A stretch of 64,000 bases of DNA. It comes from an uncultured Holdemania sp. GTDB taxonomy: Bacteria; Bacillota_I; Bacilli_A; Erysipelotrichales; Erysipelotrichaceae. The stretch lies in the NCBI GenBank assembly GCA_947037125.1, contig CAMQTJ010000006.1, positions 8 through 64,007 of the forward strand, given 5' to 3'. Positions 27,555-37,591 of this stretch are shown here, piece by piece (within the stretch, counting starts at the first letter, position 1; the number at the start of each line of letters is the position of its first letter). Under the pieces are notes generated by a model. The model had not been told where the DNA came from, ran no database searches, and saw only the letters and a list, made by a program, of their open reading frames with translations. The translations under genes were made by a program, and so were the position numbers.

Positions 27555-29024
27555 TTAAATATTATTATCCTCACTGAGACCCTTATAAAAATAGTAATTA
27601 TTTATTACATCCTCAGCGACTTTATCGTCACCCATATACGGTTCTTTTCCAAATTCACCATAGATAAAATTCTCATCACCTTTACCTAGTAAAAGTATTG
27701 TATCATTTACATTTGCCATTTCAACAGCTTGCCTTATAGCATCATATCGACTTTCAATAATAATGTAATTTGTCTTTTTTATTCCTTTTGCTATTTCACT
27801 AGCAATATCAAAGACAACTTCATTTCTAGGATCATCTTCTGTCAGTATAATCATATCACAATATTTATCTGCAAGTTGACCAAATATGATTCTTTTTTTA
27901 CTATCACGTTTTCCAGCAGATCCAAACACTGCTATAATACGATTTTTAACTGGTGTTATCTTTGTAGCAAAATCAAATATTTTACTAAAACCATCAGGTG
28001 TATGTGCAAAATCAACAATTACATTAAATGGTTGACCTACTTCAATTTTTTCCATTCTACCATCAATTTGTTTAATACATGAAATCGAATTAATAATATC
28101 ATTCATATCATATCCACTTTTATGGATAGCAGCAATTGACGCTAAAAGATTATAAACATTAAATGTAGCCAATAAATCAGTTACTACAAAATAATCATTT
28201 CCTTCAACACGCAATGTAAATGTTGTTTTATTTGGCATGATTTTGATATCTTTTGCTTGGTAATTTGCATCATTAATTATTCCATAACTATAACAATTTG
28301 CCTTACAATCAAATACTATCTTACTTGAACTTTCATCATCAGCATTATAAATACCAATTTTATCTTTTGAAAGCATATCAAACAAACCTTTTTTAGCTGC
28401 TAAATAATTTTCAATAGTCCCATGATAATCTAAGTGATCATGTGTTAAATTTGTAAAGATGGCAACATCAAAATCAATTGAATCAATACGATGTTGATCA
28501 ACACCAATACTTGATACTTCCATAGAACAATTTTTCACACCGTTATTAAGCATATCATTAAAATGAGAATGAATACTAATAATTTCAGGTGTCGTTAAAG
28601 TTGGTTCAATTTTAGTATCATTATATTCAACACCAATTGTCCCAATATATCCACACGAATCAAAATTACTAACGATATCTTTGATCATTTTAGAAATACT
28701 AGATTTACCATTAGTACCTGTCACTGCATAAATATTCATTTTTTTAGAAGGACTATCAAAAAACAGATCAGCAACATAATTCAAAGCTTTCAGTGTATCA
28801 CCAACTTTAATATATGAAACATTATCATTGTAATAGGCTAATTCACTACTATGAACAACTGCAACTGCCCCTTTACGAATTGCTGAACCGACAAATCTAT
28901 GTCCATCATGAACAATACCTTTAATGCAAAAAAACAATGAATTTTGCAAACATTCATTACTATTTACCGCTAATCCATCGATTTGGATATCTCCTGCATT
29001 TTCAAATATTTGTGATAGTAGCAT
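27555..29024 (-). CDS. murE: UDP-N-acetylmuramoyl-L-alanyl-D-glutamate-(diamino acid) ligase MurE
   Basis: GTNGKSS P-loop and Mur ligase middle and C-terminal blocks. The DDPR motif resembles DNPR of meso-DAP enzymes (inference). The ATG at 29024 is preceded by AAAGGAGAA; the ORF is open to 29084. Confidence 0.9.
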   Translation of the reverse strand: MLLSQIFENAGDIQIDGLAVNSNECLQNSLFFCIKGIVHDGHRFVGSAIRKGAVAVVHSSELAYYNDNVSYIKVGDTLKALNYVADLFFDSPSKKMNIYAVTGTNGKSSISKMIKDIVSNFDSCGYIGTIGVEYNDTKIEPTLTTPEIISIHSHFNDMLNNGVKNCSMEVSSIGVDQHRIDSIDFDVAIFTNLTHDHLDYHGTIENYLAAKKGLFDMLSKDKIGIYNADDESSSKIVFDCKANCYSYGIINDANYQAKDIKIMPNKTTFTLRVEGNDYFVVTDLLATFNVYNLLASIAAIHKSGYDMNDIINSISCIKQIDGRMEKIEVGQPFNVIVDFAHTPDGFSKIFDFATKITPVKNRIIAVFGSAGKRDSKKRIIFGQLADKYCDMIILTEDDPRNEVVFDIASEIAKGIKKTNYIIIESRYDAIRQAVEMANVNDTILLLGKGDENFIYGEFGKEPYMGDDKVAEDVINNYYFYKGLSEDNNI

Positions 29025-29025
29025 A

Positions 29026-30312
29026 TTATTTCTCCTTTGCAAATAGTTTATCATTAATATAATGAGTACAATTAACTTCAACAATTTGATTTTGTTTATA
29101 TACTTGATTTAAAGTAATAGGTAAATATTCACTTGAGTGACCAAAAGATTGATTATCATGACATGATTCAATTATAACTTCTACATCTTTACTAATAAAT
29201 GATGTTTGATAACAATAATTTAGTTGTTGTGATATTTCACCAACAATTTTAGCTCTTTTTTTCTTATCTATTTCACTAACATGATTACTCATTTTTTCTG
29301 CAACAGTATTAGTTTTAACCGAATATGGAAAACAATGAATAAAAGAGAAATTAATTGCTTTTAAATAGTCACATGTAATCTCAAAATCATTATCTGTTTC
29401 ATTTGGAAAACCAACAATTAAATCAGTACTAATTGAAATATCTTTTATTATTGCCCTAATTTCATTAATTCTATTAGTAAACATTTCAGTTGTATATGGT
29501 CTATTCATATCCTTTAAAGTTTTATTATTCCCCGATTGTAGTGGAATATGTAAGTGTTTTGCAATTCTTGGATTATTTTTCATCAACATCAATAATTCAT
29601 CACTTATTTCACTAATTTCAATAGATGATATTCTAATTCGTTTTAAATCCTTGCATTCATCCAAAATCATTTCGATAAGCTTTGCTAAAGAAACATTATA
29701 TTCAGCACCATATCGCCCAGTATGAATACCTGCAAGCACAATTTCATGATGATTAACAGCTAATATTTTAGCACTCTTAATTACCTCATCAGGATTAAGT
29801 GATCTTTCCTTACCTCTTGCATAAGGAATAATGCAATAAGAACAAAATTGATTACAACCATCTTGAACCTTTAAAAAGGCTCTTGTTTGATGATTAAATG
29901 ATTCAATCTTTAAATTATCAAATTCAATATTATCCCTAACATTTTCAACATGATTAATTTTAACTTCATCTTTTTCATAATTCAATATTAAATCAACTAT
30001 TTTATCTTTACCACTTGAACCAACTAAAATATCAATACCACTATTTTGATTAAGTTCATCAACTTTAATTTGAACAAGACACCCAACAACACAAATAATC
30101 GCCTTTGGATTTTGTCTTATTGCTTGATTTATCTTTTTACGACTCTTACTTTCAGCAGCATTAGTTACAGCACATGTAAAAATACAATACACATCCGCAA
30201 ATTCTTTTGGTGATACTTCAACTAAACCCTTTTGTTTTAAACTATCACTAATTGATTGAGCCTCATATGTATTAACTTTACATCCCAGACACATTATCGC
30301 ATAAGTTTTCAT
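29026..30312 (-). CDS. mtaB: tRNA t6A37 methylthiotransferase MtaB (radical SAM, YqeV-like)
   Basis: N-terminal UPF0004 cysteines (GCKVN..E), radical SAM CNQFCSYC, C-terminal TRAM-like domain. It is syntenic with rsmE. Confidence 0.85.
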   Translation of the reverse strand: MKTYAIMCLGCKVNTYEAQSISDSLKQKGLVEVSPKEFADVYCIFTCAVTNAAESKSRKKINQAIRQNPKAIICVVGCLVQIKVDELNQNSGIDILVGSSGKDKIVDLILNYEKDEVKINHVENVRDNIEFDNLKIESFNHQTRAFLKVQDGCNQFCSYCIIPYARGKERSLNPDEVIKSAKILAVNHHEIVLAGIHTGRYGAEYNVSLAKLIEMILDECKDLKRIRISSIEISEISDELLMLMKNNPRIAKHLHIPLQSGNNKTLKDMNRPYTTEMFTNRINEIRAIIKDISISTDLIVGFPNETDNDFEITCDYLKAINFSFIHCFPYSVKTNTVAEKMSNHVSEIDKKKRAKIVGEISQQLNYCYQTSFISKDVEVIIESCHDNQSFGHSSEYLPITLNQVYKQNQIVEVNCTHYINDKLFAKEK

Positions 30313-30322
30313 TAATCTTCTC

Positions 30323-31075
30323 CTATATCTTAATTTTAGTTATTTTTTTAATAACTTTATCACTATAATAATCACATTCTAAAATACATTTTATAAAGCC
30401 TTTTTTATCATTTTGTATATACGCTAAACAAAGATCTTTTAATTGTTGCATATCTACATCTTTTGTTTTCTTTGATAACGATAATGATAAAATTTCAAAT
30501 TGATTATGATTATGAATAAATATTTTAAATGAATTTTCATCATATAAACAACAATGATCATCTATTCCAAGATTTATTACATCTAAATAATTACCTAAAT
30601 ATTTACTAATACCATAAAAATCCCTATCAATAATTCTTGCTTGATATTCTTTATAAAGTTTATAATATTGTGGTTTTTCTAATATTGCCACTTGTTTATT
30701 ATATAAATCATTTAATAAAATATCAAAAAAAGTAATTGATATTTTCGTATCTTGATAATTAAAATATTTCATATTATCGATATCTTTTAATAAATGATTT
30801 AATATAAATTGATTCTTTTGCTTAAAATCTAAACCATTCCATATATCATTTATTTCATACATAACATCATCAAAAGCTAATTGAATTTTATTTTTAGTTA
30901 ATAAACTTTCATAATTAATTATCAAATCATAATAATCTTTAATAGTTTTAACTTTAATTTGTAAATTGCTACCTTTTAATTGCATATTCATCATTTTAAT
31001 TCTATTTTTTTCATCTTTACTTTTAAAGATAATAAATTTATTATCTTTATTTAATATTTTTAATATTTTATCCAT
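30323..31075 (-). CDS. Hypothetical protein (250 aa), Asn/Lys/Tyr-rich
   Basis: The ATG at 31075 lies 1 nt after the rsmE stop (TAATATG), and the gene ends 10 nt before mtaB. No motif recognised. Confidence 0.5.
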   Translation of the reverse strand: MDKILKILNKDNKFIIFKSKDEKNRIKMMNMQLKGSNLQIKVKTIKDYYDLIINYESLLTKNKIQLAFDDVMYEINDIWNGLDFKQKNQFILNHLLKDIDNMKYFNYQDTKISITFFDILLNDLYNKQVAILEKPQYYKLYKEYQARIIDRDFYGISKYLGNYLDVINLGIDDHCCLYDENSFKIFIHNHNQFEILSLSLSKKTKDVDMQQLKDLCLAYIQNDKKGFIKCILECDYYSDKVIKKITKIKI

Positions 31076-31076
31076 A

Positions 31077-31796
31077 TTACTCACATAATGCATCAATAGC
31101 ACAAAGTACATAAGTAGCAGCAGTTTCTGCCCTAAGTATTCGTTTACCTAATGATAAATTATTAAACCCCATTTCATTCATTAATAAAACTTCACTGTCA
31201 CTAAAACCGCCTTCAGGTCCTATTACAACCGTGATTGATTTATTAGACTTTATTACTTCACGCATTTTTAAACCTTTATCCTTAGCACTCTCAAAGGCCA
31301 CAAGATTAAGATCACTTGTATAGTCCTTAAGTTGTTTTAAAGTTATTGGTTTAGTAACTTGTGGAATACTATTACGTTTACATTGTTCACATGCTTGAGT
31401 AACTATTTTTTGATAACGAACAAGTTTTTTATCCATTTTTTCATCATCACTTTTCACAACACAACGCGACACTTGTAAAGGAACAATTTTTTTAACACCA
31501 AGTTCACTACATTTCATCAACATATAATCCCATTTATCTTTTTTAATTAATGCCATAACTAAAGTAACATCAATATCCATTTCATTATTTAATAAGAATT
31601 CACTTATAACAATACCACTACATTTAACATTATCAATGCACAAAAAAGTTTCAAAACCCTTACCGTTAACATCAACAACCTTAACAATATCTTCACTCTT
31701 AAAACGCATTACCTTTACTATATGATGAGTTTGTTCATTATCAAAATAAACAACATCATTAATTTTTAATTCTACACTCACAAAATATTGTTGCAT
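31077..31796 (-). CDS. rsmE: 16S rRNA (uracil1498-N3)-methyltransferase RsmE
   Basis: N-terminal PUA-like HH..KVMR block, C-terminal SPOUT knot IGPEGGFS..E and LG.RILR.ETA. Confidence 0.9.
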   Translation of the reverse strand: MQQYFVSVELKINDVVYFDNEQTHHIVKVMRFKSEDIVKVVDVNGKGFETFLCIDNVKCSGIVISEFLLNNEMDIDVTLVMALIKKDKWDYMLMKCSELGVKKIVPLQVSRCVVKSDDEKMDKKLVRYQKIVTQACEQCKRNSIPQVTKPITLKQLKDYTSDLNLVAFESAKDKGLKMREVIKSNKSITVVIGPEGGFSDSEVLLMNEMGFNNLSLGKRILRAETAATYVLCAIDALCE

Positions 31797-31990
31797 AATA
31801 TCACTCCTATTTATTCTATAATATAAATATCAACTTTTAATATCTATTTTTTAATTAATTATAAGTTATATTATACCACAATTAATATCTAAGATAATTA
31901 ATTTACATGACAATATTTATTTGTCTTTCACAATTTAATTACTGATTAAAATATTATTATACTTTAATCATTATAAATAATAAAACATAT

Positions 31991-32018
31991 AAAAAATAAA
32001 AAAAGCCCGAAGGCTTTT
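31991..32018 (-). terminator. Terminator after the uracil permease gene
   Basis: Minus-strand AAAAGCC-TTCG-GGCTTTT followed by a U-run. Confidence 0.75.
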
Positions 32019-33294
32019 ATTCAGGTAAAATTAAATTAAGTGTAATTCCAACAACTGCAGCAAGAGCTGTTCCTGATAAAGTTACAAAACTACCTAAAGG
32101 TAATAAAGCACCACCAAGACCAATTACAAGCATTGCACTTGCAACAATTAGATTTCTTTGACGAGAAAAATCAACTTGATTATCAATTAATACACGTAAT
32201 CCATTAGAAGCAATTACACCATATAAGATAATTGACATTCCACCAAGTACAGCACTTGGTATTGTAGAAATAATTTCAGACACAATTGGTAAACAAGATA
32301 ATAGTATTGCAATAACAGCAGCCCCACATGTTACATAAACTGATGCAATTTTAGTCATACCAATAACTCCAGTATTTTCACCATATGTAGTATTTGCAGG
32401 TCCACCAATTAAAGCTGAAACAGCTGTAGCTATTCCATCACCTAATAATGTTTTTTCAAGCCCTGGTTCTTTTAGAAAGTTTTTGTCACAAATTTTACCA
32501 AGTACTGTATGATCACCAATATGTTCAGCGATTGTAACTAATGCAACAGGTAAGATTGCGAAAGTTTCAGGACCAAAATAAAAGTGCCAAGTTTCAAAGT
32601 TGCCAATTTGAACAGGAAACATAAATTCTGGAAGACCAAAGAATTTACCTTGATCAATTAATGCCATAACATTTGTAAAGTCAACCATACCCAACATGAT
32701 TGCAAATACATAACCTAGTGTAATTCCACATAAGAAAGGTATTATTTTAAAGAATCCTTTTGCTCTTGTAGAAAATAAAGCCGTAATACCAAATGTAAAT
32801 GTTGCAACTAACATGGTTTTATAATCACCACCGGCAACAAAACCTGCATTTGTAACAGCATTTGACGCTAAAGAAAGACCAATTACTGCAATCATCGGAC
32901 CAATTACAACAGGAGGCAACATTTTATCAATCCATCCTTTACCAATAAATTTAACAAGTAAAGCTACTATTGCATAAACACCACCAATTAAAACAAGACC
33001 TGTTTGTGCAGCACTTATATCACCACCAAGTGATTGTGTTGCAATTAAGACAGCTGAAATGTAAGCAAATGATGAACCTAAATAAACTGGAACTTTAAAT
33101 TTAGTAATACATGCATAAATAAGTGTACCTAGCCCTGATGCAAATAGAGCTACTGAAATTGGATAACCCGTAATAATTGGAACTAAAATTGTTGCACCAA
33201 ACATTGCAAATACGTGTTGAACTGAAAGCAATGCCCACTTTGCAGGTTTTGGTTTTTCATGAATATCTAAAATTAAATCAACTTTTTCTGACAT
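32017..33294 (-). CDS. pyrP: Uracil permease (NCS2 family)
   Basis: SVQHVFAMFGATILVP, VPVYLGSSFAYI, ENTGVIGMTK blocks. Confidence 0.85.
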   Translation of the reverse strand: MSEKVDLILDIHEKPKPAKWALLSVQHVFAMFGATILVPIITGYPISVALFASGLGTLIYACITKFKVPVYLGSSFAYISAVLIATQSLGGDISAAQTGLVLIGGVYAIVALLVKFIGKGWIDKMLPPVVIGPMIAVIGLSLASNAVTNAGFVAGGDYKTMLVATFTFGITALFSTRAKGFFKIIPFLCGITLGYVFAIMLGMVDFTNVMALIDQGKFFGLPEFMFPVQIGNFETWHFYFGPETFAILPVALVTIAEHIGDHTVLGKICDKNFLKEPGLEKTLLGDGIATAVSALIGGPANTTYGENTGVIGMTKIASVYVTCGAAVIAILLSCLPIVSEIISTIPSAVLGGMSIILYGVIASNGLRVLIDNQVDFSRQRNLIVASAMLVIGLGGALLPLGSFVTLSGTALAAVVGITLNLILPE

Positions 33295-33357
33295 ACTATC
33301 TCCCTTTGGCCAAAATAAAAGGCCCCCAGCTATGGACCCTAAAATAACTCAAGATTT

Positions 33358-33393
33358 AGCTCTTATTAACCTCACAGGATTAATTTAAAGACC
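33358..33393 (-). promoter_or_regulatory. Candidate PyrR-binding hairpin in the uracil permease leader
   Basis: The minus-strand RNA loop AAUCCUGUGAGGUU (33368-33381) matches the ARUCCAGAGAGGYU consensus at 12 of 14 positions, closed by an AUUAA/UUAAU stem. No convincing downstream terminator was seen. Confidence 0.4.
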
Positions 33394-33507
33394 TTCGCTT
33401 AAGCAATTATATATTAAATGGTTATTTATTTCAATATTATTTTATTATTTTTACATTTAATATGTTGATAATGCAATTAAATGCCTTTTATTTTATATTT
33501 AAACAAT

Positions 33508-33533
33508 AAAAAAACTGCACTTTTAAGTACAGT
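33508..33533 (-). terminator. Terminator after the CNNM-family gene
   Basis: Minus-strand ACUGUAC-UUAAAA-GUGCAGU (one G:U) followed by U7. Confidence 0.6.
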
Positions 33534-34798
33534 TAATCTTGTTTTTCTAATAACTTTTTAATTTTAATTGTATTAACTTTTCTTTCATCACAACTCACAA
33601 TCGTTACAAATAAGTGATCATACATAAATGTATCGCCAACTACAGGCATTCTTTCTAAGTTTTGAATAACCCAACCACTAACAGTAACTACATCAAATTT
33701 ATCTTCTTCATCATTCATATCGAATAATTCAAACATATCCGTTAGGTCACAATCACCTTCAATTAAATAATTATCATCTTCAATTTTCTTTACATATTCT
33801 TTTATTTCATCATGTTCATCATAAATCTCACCAACTAATTCTTCAAGTATATCTTCCATCGTTATAATACCAGCTGTTCCACCAAATTCATCAAGTACAA
33901 CTGCCATATGAGTTTTAGTACTTTGTAATTGTCTTAAAAGTGTTGATATTTTAACGTGACTACTTGTAAACTGAATTGATTTAAGAATTGATTTTATATC
34001 ATGCATATTATTATAATAAGCATAGTAGAAGTCTTTTTCATGTAAGACACCAATAATATTATCAATTGATTTTTGGTAAATTGGTAATCTTGAAAAGCTG
34101 TTGAAACGGAAAAATTCTTCAATAAGTTTTAAATCAGAATCAATACTAACTGCCAACACATCAACTCTTGGTGTTAGGATTTCTTTTACTTCTAAATCAT
34201 TAAATTCTATAGCAGCACAAATTAAGTCAGATTCATGTTCTTGTAGATCACCATCATTTTGTGCTTCTTCAACTATTGTGATTAATTCATCTTGAGAAAA
34301 GACATCTTCATTTTTAATTTTAAACACATAAGACAACAATTTTTTCCATTGTGAAAACAAATAGTTTATTGGCATTAGCCCTAATCTTAACGCATTAATA
34401 ATTCCACTTACTGCAAGACAAAACTTTTCAGGACTCTCTTTTGCTAAAGATTTTGGAGTTACTTCCCCAAATACTAAAACAATAATTGTCATAACAATTG
34501 TTGAAACAGCGGCACCTTTATCTGCATCACCCATAAATATTTGAGTGAATAATACAGTAGCAATTGCTGTTGCCATGATATTTACCAAGTTATTACCTAC
34601 AAGAATTGTTGTTAATAATTCATCATATTTTTCTGACAGCATCAAAACTTGCTTAGCTTTTTTATTTCCATCAGCTGCCATATTTTTAATTTTAATTCGA
34701 TTGACACTAGAAAATGCTGTTTCTGTTGACGAAAAAAACGCCGACATTGCAACAAGTACTACTAAAGCTATTATTAAATTACTATCTATATTTTCCAT
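33533..34798 (-). CDS. CNNM/DUF21-CBS-CorC_HlyC family protein (hemolysin-like; putative divalent cation efflux)
   Basis: N-terminal DUF21 membrane domain (SSTETAFSSVNRIK), a tandem CBS region, and a C-terminal CorC_HlyC domain (TVSGWV...P..GD). Confidence 0.85.
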   Translation of the reverse strand: MENIDSNLIIALVVLVAMSAFFSSTETAFSSVNRIKIKNMAADGNKKAKQVLMLSEKYDELLTTILVGNNLVNIMATAIATVLFTQIFMGDADKGAAVSTIVMTIIVLVFGEVTPKSLAKESPEKFCLAVSGIINALRLGLMPINYLFSQWKKLLSYVFKIKNEDVFSQDELITIVEEAQNDGDLQEHESDLICAAIEFNDLEVKEILTPRVDVLAVSIDSDLKLIEEFFRFNSFSRLPIYQKSIDNIIGVLHEKDFYYAYYNNMHDIKSILKSIQFTSSHVKISTLLRQLQSTKTHMAVVLDEFGGTAGIITMEDILEELVGEIYDEHDEIKEYVKKIEDDNYLIEGDCDLTDMFELFDMNDEEDKFDVVTVSGWVIQNLERMPVVGDTFMYDHLFVTIVSCDERKVNTIKIKKLLEKQD

Positions 34799-34974
34799 AT
34801 TATTCTCCTAATTTATTACATAACAAAAATCATCGACAAATTGTCTATGACATTATATGATATGACATTGTAAAGAAAATAAATTTATATATTAAATTAA
34901 TTTTATGTGTTATCACCCTACTGGGTAATGGCGAGTCGTCCAAGAAAATGCACTCCCTTTCAAATAATAGGCTT

Positions 34975-35003
34975 ATTATAGCAATAAAAAAATAAAATAT
35001 CAA
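34975..35003 (-). promoter_or_regulatory. Sigma-A promoter giving a ~170-nt leader for the CNNM gene
   Basis: Minus strand TTGATA, 17-nt spacer, TATAAT. Confidence 0.5.
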
Positions 35004-35032
35004 TGAAATTTTAAATATATCCATAAATTAAT

Positions 35033-35060
35033 TAAAAAAAACCAAATTAATGGTCTTTTT
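35033..35060 (-). terminator. Terminator after metQ
   Basis: Minus-strand AAGACCA-UUAAUU-UGGUUUU hairpin followed by a U-run. Confidence 0.55.
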
Positions 35061-35065
35061 TATTA

Positions 35066-35884
35066 CTATTTTGCTGGTATTACTGAACCATCAGCATATG
35101 TATCAAGAATATATTGTTTTACCTCATCTGATTTCAACACTTCAATTAAAGCAACGATATTTGTATTAGTTTCATTACCTTTTTTTACCGCTACGATATT
35201 TACATATGGATTATCAGCACCACCTTGTTCTAAAATCACAGCATCTTTTGTAGGATTTAGACCCGCTTGAATTGCATAGTTACCATTAATAGCAACTAAA
35301 TCACCTTCATCATTATTAAATGTTGCAGTTAATAAATCAGGTTTAACTTCTACAAACTTTAAATTTTTAGGATTTTGATCAATATCTTCTAATGTCGCAC
35401 TTAGAATATCTGTGTTTTCTTTTAAAGTGATTAATCCGTTAGCTTCAAGAATAGATAAAATACGACCATAATCTGCAACAGAATTAGAAATAACTATAGT
35501 TGCTCCATCTTCTAATTCACTAACATCTGTAATTGTATTTGAATAAAAGCCAAAAGGTTCAATATGAATACCTGCAGCGTTTACAATGTCATATTCATTT
35601 GCAACAACATCTTCATTAAAGAATGGAACATGTTGAAAGTAATTCGCATCAACATCACCCTGATTTAGTGCTCTATTAAAGATGTAATAATCATCTAAAA
35701 CTATTATTTCTAAATCAATATTATATTTTTCTTTTAAAATTGGTTGAGCAAATTCTAAGATTTTTGAATGTGGATCAAGAGTTGCTGAAACTATTAAAGT
35801 ATTTTCATCTTTTGGTTTACTTGTACACCCTACTAAAGCTAATGCAATTAATGTAATTGCTAATAATTTAAATAATTTTTTCAT
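35066..35884 (-). CDS. metQ: MetQ/NlpA-family methionine-binding lipoprotein
   Basis: Lipobox ALVGC. NlpA family blocks (DANYFQH, VN...IAV). Confidence 0.85.
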   Translation of the reverse strand: MKKLFKLLAITLIALALVGCTSKPKDENTLIVSATLDPHSKILEFAQPILKEKYNIDLEIIVLDDYYIFNRALNQGDVDANYFQHVPFFNEDVVANEYDIVNAAGIHIEPFGFYSNTITDVSELEDGATIVISNSVADYGRILSILEANGLITLKENTDILSATLEDIDQNPKNLKFVEVKPDLLTATFNNDEGDLVAINGNYAIQAGLNPTKDAVILEQGGADNPYVNIVAVKKGNETNTNIVALIEVLKSDEVKQYILDTYADGSVIPAK

Positions 35885-35896
35885 AATTTTCTCCCT

Positions 35897-36562
35897 TTAT
35901 CGTTTATCGATTTTTTTTATGACATAATCACTTACAAACTGAACAACAAATACTATTACTACTATTAAAAATGTTGATGTATATAACACTGCATTATTAC
36001 CTCTTGAAAATCCGTAAAGGTATGCATAATTACCTAATCCACCAGATCCTATAACCCCAGCAATTGCCGTATAAGATATCAATGATATCGCAAGAACACT
36101 TGCTGATGATACTAATGCAACTGATGCCTCAGGTATTAATACCTTAAAGATTATTTCAAAATTTGATGCCCCCATACTTTTTGAAGCTTCAATAGTTCCT
36201 TTATCAACTTCAATAAAAGCAATAACGCACATTCGTGCATATACAGGACTTGCTGCAATTATTAAGGCAGGTAAAGCTGCAGTTGCCCCTAACATTGAAC
36301 CTGTTAATAATGTTGCTAAATCAAACAAGATTATTATTAGTATTGCAAATGGAATAGCTCGCAATACATTAATAATCATATCCATTATTTTATTAATAAT
36401 TTTGTTACTATATAACCCATCACTACTTGTAAGATATAGTAAAACACCAATAAATAATCCTATGAAAATCGAAAATACAAACGATATAGATGTCATATAC
36501 AGTGTTTCATTTACAGCATTAATAAGTGCCTCAATATCAATTTTTTCTAAAAATTGTATCAT
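35897..36562 (-). CDS. metI: Methionine ABC transporter permease
   Basis: 221 aa with 5 TM and the EAA-loop EASKSMGAS. Confidence 0.9.
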   Translation of the reverse strand: MIQFLEKIDIEALINAVNETLYMTSISFVFSIFIGLFIGVLLYLTSSDGLYSNKIINKIMDMIINVLRAIPFAILIIILFDLATLLTGSMLGATAALPALIIAASPVYARMCVIAFIEVDKGTIEASKSMGASNFEIIFKVLIPEASVALVSSASVLAISLISYTAIAGVIGSGGLGNYAYLYGFSRGNNAVLYTSTFLIVVIVFVVQFVSDYVIKKIDKR

Positions 36563-37575
36563 AAAATTTCAACACTTACCCCTTCATTTTTAAGCATATC
36601 AATAAATTGTTGATAACTTGTAGCATCACCATTTGCCATATTCACATACATTGCCCCAATTGGTCCTTCAATCGAATGTGTAATATTAGAATTCACAATA
36701 CTTACATCAAGTTTGCATTGACGAATAGTTTCAGCTAATATCGGACGACTACTTGTATTTCCAGTAAAAGTCAGTTTCAACAATTGACCAAAAGGATAGA
36801 TATCTTTTAATTCTTTTTTAATTTGTTCTATCTTAACATTTCCATCTAAATTTTGAGTAAATCGTTTAGTAACATCATGTTTAGGATTTTCAAATAATTC
36901 CTTAACGGTATTCACTTCAACAACTTTACCATCACTCATAACAGCAATTTTATGACAAATCTTTTGAACAACTTCCATTTGATGAGTAATCATTACAATT
37001 GTGATATTCATTTTTTGATTAATACTTTGTAATAGTTGTAATATTGAATCAGTTGTCTCTGGATCTAATGCACTTGTAGCTTCATCACAAAGCAAGATTT
37101 TCGGATTATTCGCTAAAGCACGAGCAATTCCGATACGCTGTTTTTGTCCCCCTGATAATTCACTAGGATAACTAAACTCACGACCATTAAGTCCAACCAT
37201 AGCTATTAATTCATTTACGATTTTAATTCTCTCGCTTTTTTTAACCTTTGCAATCTCTAAAGGAAATTCGATATTTTCAAACACTGTCCTTGACCACATT
37301 AAATTAAAATGTTGAAATATCATCCCAATTTTTTGTCGTGATTCTCTTAGTTGTTTACCACTCAAATTAGATTGATCTATCCCATCAATCAAAACTTCAC
37401 CACTGCTACAATTCTCTAGTTGATTGATTATTCTTACCAATGTACTTTTACCAGCACCAGAATATCCAATAACACCATAAATTAATCCATCATCAATTTT
37501 AAGTGATACTCCATTTAAAGCATGAATATCATTTTTCCCTTTAAATGTTTTATAAACATTTTTAAATTCAATCAT
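36559..37575 (-). CDS. metN: Methionine ABC transporter ATP-binding protein with C-terminal NIL domain
   Basis: Walker A GYSGAGKST, LSGGQKQRIGIARAL, LLCDEATSALD, and a C-terminal NIL-type regulatory domain. Confidence 0.9.
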   Translation of the reverse strand: MIEFKNVYKTFKGKNDIHALNGVSLKIDDGLIYGVIGYSGAGKSTLVRIINQLENCSSGEVLIDGIDQSNLSGKQLRESRQKIGMIFQHFNLMWSRTVFENIEFPLEIAKVKKSERIKIVNELIAMVGLNGREFSYPSELSGGQKQRIGIARALANNPKILLCDEATSALDPETTDSILQLLQSINQKMNITIVMITHQMEVVQKICHKIAVMSDGKVVEVNTVKELFENPKHDVTKRFTQNLDGNVKIEQIKKELKDIYPFGQLLKLTFTGNTSSRPILAETIRQCKLDVSIVNSNITHSIEGPIGAMYVNMANGDATSYQQFIDMLKNEGVSVEIL

Positions 37576-37591
37576 ATTTATTATCCCCTTC

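Noticed and set aside
29025-29084. N-terminal extensions of tracked ORFs: murE to 29084, the 262-aa ORF to 31111, the response regulator to 58458, the lipoprotein to 61155, rpsU to 20722, the PHP phosphatase to 41954 and the ABC ATPase to 2212
   Set aside because: In each case an internal ATG is preceded by a good GGAGG-like RBS and gives the family-typical N-terminus or a proper signal peptide. The extensions overlap the upstream gene or a terminator.
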